A stretch of 64,000 nucleotides of DNA, from assembly GCA_963796965.1 (NCBI GenBank), contig CAWCNS010000007.1, forward strand, positions 288,001-352,000, given 5' to 3'. The position numbers and the translations under genes were made by a program. Shown piece by piece: positions 11,025 to 21,632 of the stretch. A model generated the notes under the pieces. The model was not told where the DNA came from. It ran no database searches and saw nothing but the letters and a program-made list of their open reading frames with translations. The DNA is from Calditrichia bacterium (lineage in GTDB: Bacteria > Calditrichota > Calditrichia > JAJRVZ01). Position 1 is the stretch's first letter. Each line of letters starts with the position of its first letter.

Positions 11025-13121
11025 ATGATAATTTCCAAATCTGTTGAATTAGGAAATAACACACTCATAATTGAGACAGGTCGCTTAGCACGCCAGGCAG
11101 ACGGTGCTGTGACAATACGATGTGGCGATACCATGGTACTGGTAACAGCTGTTGCTTCGCAAGAAGCAAGGGAAGATCTGGGCTTTTTTCCTTTGACTGT
11201 GGAGTATCGTGAAAAGACCTATGCGGCGGGCAGAATACCTGGTGGTTTTTTTAAAAGAGAAGGCAGGCCGTCGGAAAAAGAAATCCTTTCGGCTCGATTA
11301 ATTGATCGCCCGATTAGGCCTTTGTTCCCTGAGGCGTTCAAGAATGAAACGCAGATAATTGCCACCATCATTTCTATGGACAAAGAAAATGATGCTGATG
11401 TATTGGCAGCCGTCGGTGCTTCTGCAGCCCTTAGTATTTCAGATATTCCATTTGAGGGGCCAATTGCAGCTGTAAGAGTTTCTAAAATAGATGGCAATCT
11501 GGTTATCAATCCCACGATGAGTGAAATGGAGAATTGTTCATTTGAGTTGATTGTTTCCGGTTCGGAGGATTCAATCGTTATGGTTGAAGGTGAAGCAAAG
11601 GAGATTGGTGAAACTGAACTTCTGGAAGCCATTAAATTCGCACATGAATCAATTATAAAGTTGATTGACCTTCAAAAGGAGTTAGTTAAAGAAATTAACC
11701 CGACCAAAAGAGAGGTTGAGGTCCCGGAATTACCTGACGGATTAGAGGCTAAAGTAAGCAAATTGTCAATGGAAAATATAAAAAAAGCCATTCAGATTCG
11801 CGAAAAAAAGGAAAGGCGTGCCGCTTTAAAAGCAGTAAAAACAGAAGTTCTTGAAGCATTAGCTGAGGATTATCCTGAAAGTGAAAAGAAAATTGGCGAA
11901 ATTCTTCATGATATCGAAAAAGTTGAAACCAGAAGTATGATGCTGTCGAGTGGTGTTCGCCTGGATGGCAGAAGTGAGGACGATATCAGAGATATTACGT
12001 GCGAAGTGGGTTTTTTACCCAGATCGCATGGTTCTGCTGTGTTTACCAGAGGGCAGACACAGGCTCTTGGCACAACCACATTAGGAACAAAACTAGATGA
12101 ACAGTTAATCGATGCTTTAGAAGGTAGTAGTTATAAAAAATATATGCTTCATTATAATTTCCCTCCTTTTTGTACCGGAGAGGCTAAACCGATACGCGGT
12201 ACCAGTCGACGTGAAATTGGACATGGTAATTTGGCCGAACGGGCGTTAAAACCTGTTATTCCAAATAATGGAAGTTTTCCGTATACGATACGGATAGTCT
12301 CAGATGTATTAGAATCAAATGGATCTTCCTCCATGGCCACGGTCTGTTCTGGTTCACTCTCATTGATGGATGCTGGCGTACCAATAAAATCAGCTGTCGC
12401 GGGTATAGCCATGGGATTGATCAAAGAGGGTGATAAAACGATGATTCTTTCCGATATTCTTGGAGATGAGGATCATCTTGGCGATATGGATTTCAAAGTT
12501 GCCGGTACACGCACAGGGATTACAGCCATTCAGATGGATATAAAGATAAAAGGAATATCCTTTGAAATAATGGAAAATGCGTTAGAAAGAGCAAATAAAG
12601 GCCGCGTGCATATTCTATCTGAAATGGACAAGGCGCTTGAGGCACCACGTGATGATTTATCGCGACATGCACCGCGAATTGAATCTATGATGATTCCAAC
12701 TGACAAAATTGGCATGGTGATCGGACCTGGTGGTAAGACGATTAAGAAAATTATAGAAGAAAATGGGGTAAGTATTGATATTGATGATGATGGAAAAGTT
12801 AATATTGCCTCTGAAGACTCTGAAAAAGTGAAAAAAGCAATGGCCCAGGTAAGCGCTTTGGTCAAAGTGCCTGAAATTGGTGAACATTATAATGGTACGG
12901 TTCGTCGCGTGACAAATTTTGGCGCTTTTGTTGAAATTCTGCCAGGAAAAGATGGTATGATCCATATTTCAGAACTGGATACAAAGCGTACTGAAAAGGT
13001 AACAGATGTTCTCAATGTCGGGGACAATGTTGACGTCATCGTTAAAAAGGTAGATCAGGATGGCAAAGTTGGCTTAAGTCGTAAGGAATTTCTGCTTAAA
13101 CAAGAGAAAAAAGAGGATTAA
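11025..13121 (+). CDS. pnp: Polyribonucleotide nucleotidyltransferase
   Basis: GGFFKREGRP, SNGSSSMA, GDMDFKVAG; KH and S1 domains. Confidence 0.98.
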   Translation: MIISKSVELGNNTLIIETGRLARQADGAVTIRCGDTMVLVTAVASQEAREDLGFFPLTVEYREKTYAAGRIPGGFFKREGRPSEKEILSARLIDRPIRPLFPEAFKNETQIIATIISMDKENDADVLAAVGASAALSISDIPFEGPIAAVRVSKIDGNLVINPTMSEMENCSFELIVSGSEDSIVMVEGEAKEIGETELLEAIKFAHESIIKLIDLQKELVKEINPTKREVEVPELPDGLEAKVSKLSMENIKKAIQIREKKERRAALKAVKTEVLEALAEDYPESEKKIGEILHDIEKVETRSMMLSSGVRLDGRSEDDIRDITCEVGFLPRSHGSAVFTRGQTQALGTTTLGTKLDEQLIDALEGSSYKKYMLHYNFPPFCTGEAKPIRGTSRREIGHGNLAERALKPVIPNNGSFPYTIRIVSDVLESNGSSSMATVCSGSLSLMDAGVPIKSAVAGIAMGLIKEGDKTMILSDILGDEDHLGDMDFKVAGTRTGITAIQMDIKIKGISFEIMENALERANKGRVHILSEMDKALEAPRDDLSRHAPRIESMMIPTDKIGMVIGPGGKTIKKIIEENGVSIDIDDDGKVNIASEDSEKVKKAMAQVSALVKVPEIGEHYNGTVRRVTNFGAFVEILPGKDGMIHISELDTKRTEKVTDVLNVGDNVDVIVKKVDQDGKVGLSRKEFLLKQEKKED

Positions 13122-13199
13122 CCGAAATATTATATTAATTTCAGTCGGACTTGTTTCTTAATTTGAGATAATTAGATTAAGTTAAAGTTCGAATAAATC

Positions 13200-13232
13200 A
13201 GGATCGGATAACATACCTTCCGATCCTTTTTT
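13200..13232 (+). terminator. Intrinsic terminator after pnp
   Basis: AGGATCGGA-N10-TCCGATCCT followed by T tract. Confidence 0.75.
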
Positions 13233-13352
13233 AACTATAATTTGTTTTCCTGTTAAGTATATGATTATATATATTTTTTATTGATAATAATTAATAATCG
13301 CCACAGTCGGTGCGCCGTTTCGTGAAAAAAGTTACTCTAAGGATAAGTATAA

Positions 13353-14600
13353 GTGCATACCATAGATAAAAATAATTTTGAAAAAACTGTTTTAGAGAAT
13401 GGTGTAACTGTCATTAGTGAAAAGATTGACTCTGTGAGATCAATTGCCATTGGTGTTTGGGTAAAAAGTGGCAGTCGGGTAGAAAAAACCTCCCAGAGTG
13501 GCACCGCCCATTTTTTAGAACATATGATCTTTAAGGGCACCAAGAAACGTAGTCCCTTAAAGATTGCCCAGAGCCTAGAATCTTTGGGCGGCCATCTTAA
13601 TGCATTTACCGGTAAAGAGGTAACCTGCTATTTTGGAAATGCCCTAGATAATCATCTTAAAAATGCGGTTGAGGTGTTGGCTGACATTGTTTGTCATTCT
13701 ACCTTTCCGGAAAAGGAAATCGAACGTGAGCGGACCGTTATTCTAGAAGAAATAAAATCTACCAAAGATACACCTGAAGATTATGTCTTCGATATTTTTC
13801 AGGAAAAAGTATTCCCTAAGAGTTCTTTGGGTAGACCAATTCTAGGCGAAGAAGAAATTATTAATAATATGCAGCGGGATGATGTTTTCTCCTTTTGGCA
13901 GAAAAATTATTCCGGTCAAAATGTGATTATCTCAGCAGCGGGAAATCTCAGACATGAAAAATTATTAATGTTGGTTGAGAAATACTTTGATTTCAATGGA
14001 AGCCATACTCACAATATAAAAAAATCGGTGAAAACTGCTACAGGAAAGACCTATTATATTGATCAACCGATCAGCCAGGCTCATTTATGTATGGGAGGGG
14101 AAAGTATCCCCTATATGTCAGAAGACAGATTCCCATTAATGATCCTCAATACGTATTTGGGTGGGGGAATGAGTTCGCGACTTTTTCAACAAATTAGAGA
14201 GAAAAGAGGATTAGCCTATTCTGTCTATTCTTTTCTTGATTTTTATTCAGACGTGGGCCTTTTTGGTATTTATGCTGGAACTGATCCACAAAATTTAGAT
14301 ATATTACAAAAAGTACTAAAAGTTGAATTACAGCGAGTGGTCGAAGAGCCTATTAAAAAAGGTGTATTAAATAAGATTAAAAACCAACTAAAGGGTAATT
14401 TGGTATTAGCCCTTGAAAGTACTTCTCGACGGATGTCCCGCCTTGCAAAAAATGAGATATATTTTGGGAATTATATCGGTCTTGATTCTCTAATTGAGAG
14501 AATTGATAATGTGCATGAATCGGATGTCCTGGCGGTTGCCCAAAAAGTTATTAAACCGGAAGATTTTATTACCGTAACCCTTTGTCCCCAAAAGCAGTAA
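13353..14600 (+). CDS. M16 family zinc peptidase (pitrilysin-like)
   Basis: HFLEHMIFKG inverted Zn motif, LNAFT, GGGMSSRLF...REKRGLAY. Confidence 0.93.
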   Translation: MHTIDKNNFEKTVLENGVTVISEKIDSVRSIAIGVWVKSGSRVEKTSQSGTAHFLEHMIFKGTKKRSPLKIAQSLESLGGHLNAFTGKEVTCYFGNALDNHLKNAVEVLADIVCHSTFPEKEIERERTVILEEIKSTKDTPEDYVFDIFQEKVFPKSSLGRPILGEEEIINNMQRDDVFSFWQKNYSGQNVIISAAGNLRHEKLLMLVEKYFDFNGSHTHNIKKSVKTATGKTYYIDQPISQAHLCMGGESIPYMSEDRFPLMILNTYLGGGMSSRLFQQIREKRGLAYSVYSFLDFYSDVGLFGIYAGTDPQNLDILQKVLKVELQRVVEEPIKKGVLNKIKNQLKGNLVLALESTSRRMSRLAKNEIYFGNYIGLDSLIERIDNVHESDVLAVAQKVIKPEDFITVTLCPQKQ

Positions 14601-14606
14601 TCTAAA

Positions 14607-15716
14607 ATGAAAATTGGTTTAATAAAAGAAATGAAGCCCTTTGAGCATCGTGTTATGCTCAATCCCATAGCAATAAAAGAATTGGTAGGGAATGGTCACG
14701 AAGTATTTGTTGAGAGTGATGCTGGGAAAGAGAGTGGTTATACAAATAAAGAATATGAAGGTATGGGAGCCACTACAGTACCAACACCGGAGAAGGTCTT
14801 TGAAAAGAGCGATATTTTATTAAAAATTCAGCCGCCGATGCCAATTGAATATGAACTACTTCAGAAAGACCATTTGATATTTTCGCTCATTTTCCCCCAA
14901 AATAACTTGGAGAGACTTTCCGCACTGCAAAAATCGAATGCTATCTTTTTTGCCGGTGAACTAATCAAACCCATTTATCAGGTTATGGACGAAATTGCAG
15001 GCAAAGTGGCAGTAAATCAGGCAGTAAAATATCTTGAGCGGGATATTGGTGCAAAGGGAATTCTTTTTTCAGGTGCTTGTGGTTTACCTGGTGCCAATGT
15101 TTGCATCTTAGGATGTGGGCCTTCTGGAATATCGGCGGCAAAACAAGCCTTGGATTATGGCGCTAAAGTAAATATTGTTGGTGAGGATTATCAAAAGTTA
15201 CTCTCCTTTAAATCCACTCATCCCTCTGAGAACTTAAATGTTTTTGAATACGATCGTGGGTTTCTTAACACATTGTTGATAGATACAGATGTTTTAATTG
15301 CCTCAACCCAAGCCAGAGGTAAGATATCTGAAATAAAAGTCAACAAAGAAGACCTAAAGTTACTGAGCGCAGGAACCCTTGTTGTGGATCTTTCAATCCA
15401 ACAAGGAGATTTAATTGAAACTTCGCGCCAGACAATACAAGAAGATCCAATTTATATGAGGGATGAAGTCCTATTTTATGTGGTTCCGGACCTTCCTGCA
15501 GCCGTCCCCAGGACCTCATCCGAAATATTATCTAATTCAATAATAAGATATATCAAACAACTTTCCGACATGGGATTTGAAGAAGCTATTGCCATTAGTC
15601 CTGAATTAAGAGAAAGTCTATATCTATACCGCGGAAAAATCGTCAATCAAATTCTTGCCGAAGAAGATGGATTTGAAAAGTATGACGTACTGGAGTTAAT
15701 AGAATCTAATATATGA
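14607..15716 (+). CDS. Alanine dehydrogenase-like protein with degenerate active site
   Basis: KE..EHRV, GHEVFVESDAG, GCGPSG, PAAVPRTSS; catalytic K/H/D positions appear substituted. Confidence 0.8.
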   Translation: MKIGLIKEMKPFEHRVMLNPIAIKELVGNGHEVFVESDAGKESGYTNKEYEGMGATTVPTPEKVFEKSDILLKIQPPMPIEYELLQKDHLIFSLIFPQNNLERLSALQKSNAIFFAGELIKPIYQVMDEIAGKVAVNQAVKYLERDIGAKGILFSGACGLPGANVCILGCGPSGISAAKQALDYGAKVNIVGEDYQKLLSFKSTHPSENLNVFEYDRGFLNTLLIDTDVLIASTQARGKISEIKVNKEDLKLLSAGTLVVDLSIQQGDLIETSRQTIQEDPIYMRDEVLFYVVPDLPAAVPRTSSEILSNSIIRYIKQLSDMGFEEAIAISPELRESLYLYRGKIVNQILAEEDGFEKYDVLELIESNI

Positions 15717-15742
15717 TAAATCTTCACCATGTTATATATTTA

Positions 15743-15884
15743 TTCTCTCGCAGAGGCGCCAAGGCAAAGACTTTAAGAAAAAGAAAAATGATAAAAAATT
15801 TAGTACGGGTAATTGGATAAGTTACTTGGAATAAATGCTCATTTATCTACTAAATTCTGATAAGTAATTCGTATAATTCGTGGA
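15743..15884. repeat. Composite repeat (family A forward, 7-mer purine tract, family B reverse)
   Basis: TTCTCTCGCAGAGGCGCCAAGGC; AAGAAAA-type tract; AATTCGTATAATTCGTGG at 15866. Confidence 0.7.
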
Positions 15885-15899
15885 TCAATCCTAATACCT

Positions 15900-16688
15900 G
15901 TGGATACATTCAAAAACATACCGATTCTCACCTACCATAAAATCTCTGATGCGAAAGAATTTGGCCTAACAACAATTTCTCCCTTAAATTTTGACAAGCA
16001 ATTAAACATTTTAAAAGATTTAGAATATAATCCTATCACTTTCAGAGATCTATACCAAGGCGGTGGGCAACCAATAAAACCTATTATTATTACCTTTGAC
16101 GATGGTTATGAGAGTGTTTATAACAACGCATTGCCTATTCTGGATAAATATGGATTTAAAAGTGTTGTCTATCTTATCACAGATTTCATTGGCAAGTACA
16201 ACACATGGGAAGCCGTGTCTTTCCAACAAAAATACAAGCATTTGTCCCTACCACAATTAAAGGATTTACAGAAGAAGGGATTTGAGATTGCGTCGCATGG
16301 AAAATCCCACCGTTATTTACCCTCATTAAAGGACGAAGAGGTGCGGGATGAGGTTGAAAATTCAAAAAAGTTTTTAGAGGACCTGACAGGGGAGAGGACC
16401 CTCAGTTTTTGTTATCCCTATGGAAAATCAAGTAAGCGGATTCTGGAATTGGTAAAAAAAGCAGGTTATAGTTTCGCCACTCAAAATATATCAATACTTA
16501 ATCTATCCCATCTCAATCCATTTGCCCTGACCCGCAGAAGTATTTACGCTACAGATAGCTTAAATATATTTAGGTCAAAAGTTGAAAATCCTTTTAATCT
16601 AAATATTTCAAGCATTTCTGAATCGATCATACAAAAAGGTGCCCTGGCCAGCATTGCCTTAAACTACATCAAAAACATTCGAAAATGA
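15900..16688 (+). CDS. NodB-type polysaccharide deacetylase
   Basis: PILTYH, ITFDDG, SHGKSH, YPYG. Confidence 0.9.
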   Translation: MDTFKNIPILTYHKISDAKEFGLTTISPLNFDKQLNILKDLEYNPITFRDLYQGGGQPIKPIIITFDDGYESVYNNALPILDKYGFKSVVYLITDFIGKYNTWEAVSFQQKYKHLSLPQLKDLQKKGFEIASHGKSHRYLPSLKDEEVRDEVENSKKFLEDLTGERTLSFCYPYGKSSKRILELVKKAGYSFATQNISILNLSHLNPFALTRRSIYATDSLNIFRSKVENPFNLNISSISESIIQKGALASIALNYIKNIRK

Positions 16689-16696
16689 TAGAATAA

Positions 16697-17016
16697 TCAT
16701 GCAAATACGCCAAGCCGCAGAGAAATCTAATAAAAATACAAAAATAATATCAAACGCGTATAGGGAACAGGGTAATAAGATAAAACTATTGCCAATAATA
16801 TATCACGAATGACCTTAATTTTAAGAGGTAATTAGTGGTGTCATCCTGCAAGGATCTTCCTCCTTGTCGGTTATATATATATTACAGTTCCTATCCCGAG
16901 AGAGGATTCCGTTCCGAGACGGAATAAAATAAATAATATAACAAATGCGTGAAATTCGTTTTGAATTTGCATAATTCGGCGAAAATTTTTCTTGGTCTCT
17001 TGCCGCCTTTGCGGAA
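16697..17016. repeat. Nested composite repeat A(B(C)B)A
   Basis: A arm 16697, B remnant 16803, REP-like C 16840-16925, B reverse 16948-16982, A reverse 16991-17016. Confidence 0.7.
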
Positions 17017-17128
17017 TCTCTATCTTTCCGTGTCCCACGCCCATTCATTTAATTAAAATCTCAATTTTTACTTGATATTAATTGCAATTAGTCCATATCT
17101 TTAGTAAAACTTTAAATAATGGTGATGT

Positions 17129-17449
17129 ATGGATGGCTATTCAATAGGTAAGGTAAGTAAGATTGTAGATTTGCCCCAGTCGGTTCTTAGATATTGGGAA
17201 ACGGTTTTTGATGTGTTTGATCCTTATAAGTCAGAGGGTGGTACACGGCGATATTCCCAGTCCGATATAGATATCGTCCTGGAAATAAAAGATTTGTTAT
17301 ATAAAAGAAAATTTACCATTGCCGGTGCGCAACATGCCTTAGCCAATCGCGACCACCAGACACCCGCCGCGACAGAAGTTAATGCAGATCTTATTGAAAT
17401 CGGCAATGAGATTGATGAGATCATTGAGGAACTGAGCAAAGATCATTAA
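17129..17449 (+). CDS. MerR-family transcriptional regulator
   Basis: YSIGKVS..VLRYWE..GGTRRYS..FTIAGA; upstream of tRNA-Pro, a common synteny. Confidence 0.9.
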   Translation: MDGYSIGKVSKIVDLPQSVLRYWETVFDVFDPYKSEGGTRRYSQSDIDIVLEIKDLLYKRKFTIAGAQHALANRDHQTPAATEVNADLIEIGNEIDEIIEELSKDH

Positions 17450-17470
17450 CTCACCGCAATTCAAATACTT

Positions 17471-17640
17471 TCCACGAATTACACTAATTAGGTCGAATTT
17501 CACGATTCTTTTTTAAGATTAAAGAATTCTTCATAATTAATTAGTAATTGTTTTCCATTATTACCTTGTTTCCTATGTCTATTCGATATTATTTTTGTAT
17601 TTTGTATAAAATATTACTGCGGATCTTCGTCTTTGCGAGA
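17471..17640. repeat. Composite repeat (family B forward, extended family A reverse)
   Basis: TCCACGAATTACACTAATT...CGAATTTCACG; 17558-17640 is an imperfect inverted copy of 16697-16778. Confidence 0.7.
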
Positions 17641-17727
17641 GGAAAAGAGTTCGTCATCCACATTCTGTAGCCTGATACAAGGGCTTGATTTTAGTATAAA
17701 GGTGAGGTAAATTTAATTTTAATTGTT

Positions 17728-17802
17728 CGGAGCGTGGCGCAGTCCGGTTAGCGTACATGACTGGGGGTCATGGGGTCGGAGGTTCAAATCCTCTCGCTCC
17801 GA
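17728..17802 (+). tRNA. tRNA-Pro(GGG), CCA not encoded
   Basis: CGGAGCG/CGCTCCG acceptor; CATGA-CTGGGGG-TCATG anticodon arm; GGTTCAAATCC. Confidence 0.96.
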
Positions 17803-17807
17803 CAGAT

Positions 17808-17846
17808 AAAGCCATAGCACTTTGGTGCTTTGGCTTTTTCTTTTTT
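17808..17846. terminator. Terminator-like hairpin between tRNA-Pro and the convergent BNR gene
   Basis: AAAGCCATAGCAC-TTTG-GTGCTTTGGCTTT followed by T tract. Confidence 0.7.
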
Positions 17847-19222
17847 AGTCCACCTGAATTTTATAGACACGCAGCATAGATGCCTCAGGAAGTGGGCCAC
17901 TTCTGGGTCTATCGCGATTAAATGGCAAAGTTTCCCAACGCAAACGATATTGGACTGCATCCGATTGAGTCCCGACATTAATATCATCTATCCATTGAAC
18001 CGTCATTCCTTCAAAATTAGATGCAGAGGCCATAAGGTGTTTCGGTACACTTGGAGGAATTTCCGCATCACCGATGACCATTAAAGTCTGTGGATCTAGT
18101 TCCCATGTGCCCTCGCCATGCTTCTTGTTTCGCCACGATTGCACCAATCTGCCATCAGGAAGGATAACTAACGGTTTCGCGAGGATATCGATGAGAATTG
18201 CGCCATTCCCGCCAAAGTCCCAACGGGTTTGCCAGGAGCTGGCTGGTCGTACATTCCAGGTATTTTCCTCCCAGCGGGCAAGAAATATCTGGCTATTCCC
18301 TTTAGTATCATATTTGTGATAGCTGATTATCGCACGATCGTCGGGATCAAAGTCTGACATAATGCCCGACATTAATCAGGCCGTTCTGGGTGGAAACAGG
18401 ATCCACAATCACCTCTTTGTTATCGGGGGTGATTGGCAATGTGACGTGAGCGCCGCTCGCCGTCTCCCAATTTACAAAATCGCGGCTTCGGGCATAAGAA
18501 ATATCATGATTCGACCGGGCATCGGGCGTATCCCGCCACATCCATAAAAGATGAAAGTAGCCATCAGGCCCTTTGACAGGCGGTCCGGAAGGATAGGCAT
18601 TCATGCTATGAGCACGCCCATTGAGCAGGGGTGTCTGTAGCAGCCGTTTCCATGATTTACTTTCTTCGTCATACACATTTACCAGCCGTTCGCCGTCTCC
18701 GCTGGATCCATTACGATACATAAAAAGCAACCGGCCATCGTGATCATGCATAAAAGCAGGGTAGGTGACTTTATTTTCCGCTTCTTCCGTCATTCGGTGG
18801 ACAGGTTTTATGCTGGTTACATCCAAAGGTTTTTCACTACGGAAATATACCAGAGGCTGGTTATGCATATTTCCGCTGATGTGCAGGCAGTAATCACTGT
18901 CTAATGTGATCGTTACACTGTTGTGTGAATCCCATCCCAGCTGAGAGGGCAATCGCTGAATCGTCCAGTTAGCCTCATTTAGTTTTCTTGAGGCGACTGT
19001 CATTTCCCGCTTTTCATTATAATAGACCACAAATTGCTGATCGTGATGTGTCAGAAGACTAAATCCAACCGGATGGCCACTCCACACCTTCTCAATATCA
19101 ACCTGTTCAATTATTTTGGATTCATTGTCCGGTGTGCTGCAATAGAATGCAGTCGTAGCTGCCACGAGGAAGAGAACTACTGTGAATGGACAGGAATTTA
19201 CATGGAAATTCATTGTTTTCAT
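17845..19222 (-). CDS. Secreted BNR_4-like beta-propeller protein, one apparent frameshift at ~18353
   Basis: WDSHN, LHISGNMH, YPAF, YRNGSSG, SYARSRD; two ORFs join if one base in AGTCT 18351-18355 is removed. Confidence 0.75.
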
Positions 19223-19555
19223 TAAATGTATACGCCCTTTCTATTTGTTTTAGGCATACTTTTTAAAAAAAGGCAGCACAGGAAAACAGGTATGAATTAA
19301 AAAGTATAATTAATTCGTATTTTCTTTTAAATTACACATAAAATAAGATTCAGACCAACCTGGCTTCTATGGTTATTTCAAATTGGTTATAATATTAATC
19401 TGAGATAATGGATAGGGGATATGAAACGCATAATTGAATTGCAAAATGAGTTTTTATAATTTTTCGCAGGGTATGTAGGTAAACTTTTAATGTAGCGGAA
19501 CTGATAACATCTAAAGCGTTCAATTAATGATTATTGCTAAAAGGAGAGTAATAAA

Positions 19556-19711
19556 ATGATGGGAGAAATCTTAGTTAATAAAGGTATCATAACACTAAAA
19601 CAATTGGATGAAGCACTCGATCTGCAGAGAAGCAGCGGGGATAAATTGGGTGATGCCATAATTAAACTTGGATTTGTTACAAAAGAACAGATTGAAGAGG
19701 CTCTTAAATAG
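19556..19711 (+). CDS. Stand-alone MshEN-like protein, 51 aa (absent from ORF track)
   Basis: AAGGAG RBS; MMGEILVNKGIITLKQLDEALDLQRSSGDKLGDAIIKLGFVTKEQIEEALK fits two tandem MshEN motifs. Confidence 0.82.
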   Translation: MMGEILVNKGIITLKQLDEALDLQRSSGDKLGDAIIKLGFVTKEQIEEALK

Positions 19712-20020
19712 ACTTGTTGGTCCTTAAAATTATGGTAAATTTCAAAATTTTGACGTATAACTCCGGCCCGTCGGCAGGACTCTATAATGGAGACCAGATG
19801 GTTCGCTGGCCTGCTAACTGGTCTTTTTATGAAAATCCGGACTATTCCATTTTCCTGAATAACACCTTCAAATAGTCTTCTAATACCTCCCATTTTTGCT
19901 CATATAACCTATACCGCGAGCATAATTCAATCCTAAAAATTATTCTGAAAAATTAGAGAAATTAGTATATATTAGTGTCAATCGTTGATGATAAAAATTC
20001 ACTCCAGCTAGGAGATCTCC

Positions 20021-21632
20021 TTGAAAAGAAGAAGATTCCTGCAGCAATCAGCGGCCCTTACAGGCGCTTTATCAACGGGGCTCATACCCGGATCAGATGC
20101 TGATGCGATAAAAAGGGAAAGAGCCAGACCCGGTACACCTAATTTTCTTTTTATTATGACTGATCAACAACGCTATGATAGTATCGGCGCTAATGGAAAA
20201 CCCCATATTAAAACTCCCTACTTGGATAAATTGGCAGACAAATCTGCCAATTTTACTAATGCTTATGTGCAAGCGCCCATCTGCACCCCTTCCCGGGCCT
20301 GTTTTTTTACCGGACGTTATGCCCATGCCCATAAAAATAGGGTTAATTATACAGAACTGAACGAAAAGGAAACATTATTACCAAAATATTTACAACAGGT
20401 CGGATATCAGACATCTCTGGTCGGAAAAACTCACCTCTATTATCATTATCCACCAACCAAAGCTGAGGCGAAACGTACTGGTTTTGATAGTGTCGACTTG
20501 CATGATGGCGTCCCTAATACCGATCCCTTCTCAGATTATTATACATGGCGCAATGAGAATGATCCCCTGAGAAGCCTACAATACCGTACTCTTGCCAAAG
20601 ATGTTCCGGAGTTAAAATCGGATCTTTCAGCAACCAGTAATCCCTTTCGAGCAGCTGATTGACCAAAAATATAGCGATACTGCCTGGACGGGGATGAAAA
20701 CCCGAGAGCGTATCAGAGAGTTATCAAATTCCGATAAGCCCTTTTTTCTCTTTTCATCCTTCTGGAAACCACACTCACCCTATGAAGTGCATGCGCCCTA
20801 TGATACCCTGTATAACGATGTGGATTTTGATCTTCCCCGGCAGGAAACCAGGGAGAGTATTCTAAAATTACCACCCCATGTGGTCCGGGTAATCCTACGT
20901 AATGAATACAGAAAAAATCGAAAGCCGGTCTACGACATGGACAGAGAGAAACTGCAATGGTTATATCGCAGCTATTATGGCACTGTCAGCCATATTGATG
21001 CTGAAATTGGCCGGATTATCCAAACTTTAAACGAGGTTGGTCTGGCAGACAATACGGTCATCATATTTACGTCAGATCATGGTGATCAGCTGTTAGAGCA
21101 CGGCAATACAGACAAAAGTGTTTTTTATGAAAGTTCGGTTCATGTGCCGTTTATGATCAGCTTTCCGAATCATATAAAACCCGGACAATATGATGATCTG
21201 GTGATGTCGATTGATTTATTGCCAACTCTTTTTAATCTGCTCGGTCTGAAGGAGCCCTATCACTGTCACGGTCAGAGCCTGCTACCCCTCATTGGTAATT
21301 CTGATCAAGGCTATAAGCCCAGGGATTTAGTGTATTGTGAGCATAACATACCCGAGGTTTTCCTGAATCTCTTTAACTTTGAGAAGGGGAAGGGTGTGAT
21401 GGATATTCGTCATCCCGAAGGAAAAATGATTCGCGGCAAACGCTGGAAATTTAATTATTATCCAAAAGGATTCGAGGAATTATATGATTTAGTGAACGAT
21501 CCGAACGAATATACGAATCTGGCCGCAGATCCTGGCTATAAGGCTGTCGTCGATGAAATGAAAGGTCATCTTCTCGATTGGATGATCACGGCTACGGAGA
21601 CGGATCAAATTGCGCCGAGATGGCTAATCTGA
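20021..21632 (+). CDS. Tat-exported Cys-type sulfatase, one apparent frameshift at ~20657
   Basis: KRRRFL Tat signal, TDQQR, CTPSRA, GKTH, KPHSPY, TSDHG, ELYDL..DPNE. Confidence 0.88.

Noticed and set aside
19754..19830. Purine riboswitch or HDV-like ribozyme
   Set aside because: CGTATAA and GCTAA fragments are present, but the GTTTCTACC junction and room for the nested pseudoknot are missing.
19537..19893. 118-aa minus-strand ORF
   Set aside because: Antisense to the RBS-supported MshEN-like ORF.
20660..20662. Selenocysteine readthrough of TGA in the sulfatase
   Set aside because: The downstream half is in a different frame, so an indel rather than readthrough is required.
17728..21632. 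Integrative element or prophage at tRNA-Pro(GGG)
   Set aside because: No integrase, phage genes or matching att duplicate seen.
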